A stretch of DNA of 64,000 nt from Gammaproteobacteria bacterium (GTDB taxonomy: Bacteria > Pseudomonadota > Gammaproteobacteria > Steroidobacterales > Steroidobacteraceae), in contig JANLWE010000034.1 in the NCBI GenBank assembly GCA_031364365.1, positions 49,869 through 113,868 of the forward strand. The letters run 5' to 3'. Below the pieces are notes generated by a model. That model searched no databases. It saw only the letters and a program-made list of their open reading frames with translations, and was not told the DNA's origin. The position numbers and the translations under genes are program-made. Positions 63,584-64,000 of the stretch are shown here, piece after piece. Each line of letters begins with the position of its first letter. The stretch's first letter is position 1.

Positions 63584-64000
63584 GTGGCCGAGTCGCTGGT
63601 ATTGACGGAGCGTCACGGCGCCGTCGTCGTTCTCACGCTCAATCGGCCCGACAAGCTGAATGCCGTCAATACCGCGATGATCGACGCGCTCGAACATGCG
63701 CTCGACGAGGCCGAAGCGGACGAAAGCCTGCGCGCGATAGTACTCGCGGGCGCGGGCCGCGCTTTCTCGGCAGGATTCGACCTGGACATGGGCGTCGGCG
63801 ATGGCCGGCCCGACCCCGCGGCGGTGCGTCGTACGCTGGAAAGGGAATTCCGGATTATCCTGCGATTCTGGGACAGCCCGAAGGTGACGATCGCCGCGAC
63901 CCAGGGCTATTGCCTCGGTAGCGCCATGGAACTTGCCATGGCCTGCGATATCACGATCGCCGCCGACGACTGCCGCTTCGGCGAGCCGGAAGTGAAATTC
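63584..64000 (+). CDS. enoyl-CoA hydratase/isomerase (crotonase) family protein, 5' part; runs off window end
   Basis: GTG 63584 lies 2 nt after the ALDH stop. The sequence reads VAESLVLTERHGAVVVLTLNRPDKLNAV...AGAGRAFSAGFDL...GYCLGSAMELAMACD. It is absent from the ORF track because it has no stop in the window. Confidence 0.75.
   Translation, partial: MAESLVLTERHGAVVVLTLNRPDKLNAVNTAMIDALEHALDEAEADESLRAIVLAGAGRAFSAGFDLDMGVGDGRPDPAAVRRTLEREFRIILRFWDSPKVTIAATQGYCLGSAMELAMACDITIAADDCRFGEPEVKF

Overview
High-GC (roughly 65%) proteobacterial chromosomal window. I call about 58 protein-coding genes. By eye I found no rRNA, tRNA or CRISPR array.

Layout:
- 1-7.5 kb, housekeeping core: Lon-N domain protein, mpl, a membrane protein, rnd, adk, and a pfp-hppA pyrophosphate-economy pair.
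- 7.2-12.9 kb: a 5-kb accessory insertion bracketed by a diverged direct repeat of the hppA 3' end. It holds an IS91-like remnant, several dead gene fragments, an intact PAP2/haloperoxidase-like lipoprotein gene and an intact IS630-family element.
- 12.9-22.7 kb, mosaic region: asparaginase-like Ntn hydrolase, HigBA-type toxin-antitoxin pair, SEC-C protein, a dead AAA ATPase, an XoxF-type PQQ dehydrogenase with a cytochrome c, YceI and MOSC remnants, and an APC permease. Four copies of an unclassified ~70-125 bp repeat family punctuate this region.
- 22.6-29.2 kb, orphan catabolic cluster: PhyH-like dioxygenase, class II aldolase, SDR, formimidoyltransferase-cyclodeaminase with a zinc-finger-like insertion, DMT transporter and a secreted amidohydrolase.
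- 30.7-36.1 kb: two tandem non-pyrrolysine MttB-family methyltransferases, a MetF-like reductase and HemN.
- 36-64 kb: a dense amine/polyamine-type catabolic supercluster.
  - The aguB-MFS-aguA operon, extended by TetR, a secreted M14 peptidase and a TPR-sulfotransferase.
  - An 8-gene operon that joins PotFGHI-like ABC import, a Rieske oxygenase, a TonB-dependent receptor and an Asp beta-hydroxylase-like protein.
  - A divergent operon: aminotransferase, 2x CrtI-like FAD oxidoreductase, GcvT-like protein, ADP-forming acyl-CoA synthetase, ALDH and enoyl-CoA hydratase.

Many adjacent genes overlap by 1, 4 or 8 nt (ATGA, GTGA, TGATG), which indicates operons.

The candidates I consider most worth follow-up are:
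- the MttB/MetF/HemN cluster, which lacks any corrinoid protein;
- the two tightly coupled amine-catabolic operons at 44-64 kb;
- the zinc-finger-like insertion in the formimidoyltransferase-cyclodeaminase;
- the unclassified repeat family that sits at the break points of truncated genes.

All functional calls come from reading the supplied translations and recalling family signatures. No database search was run.
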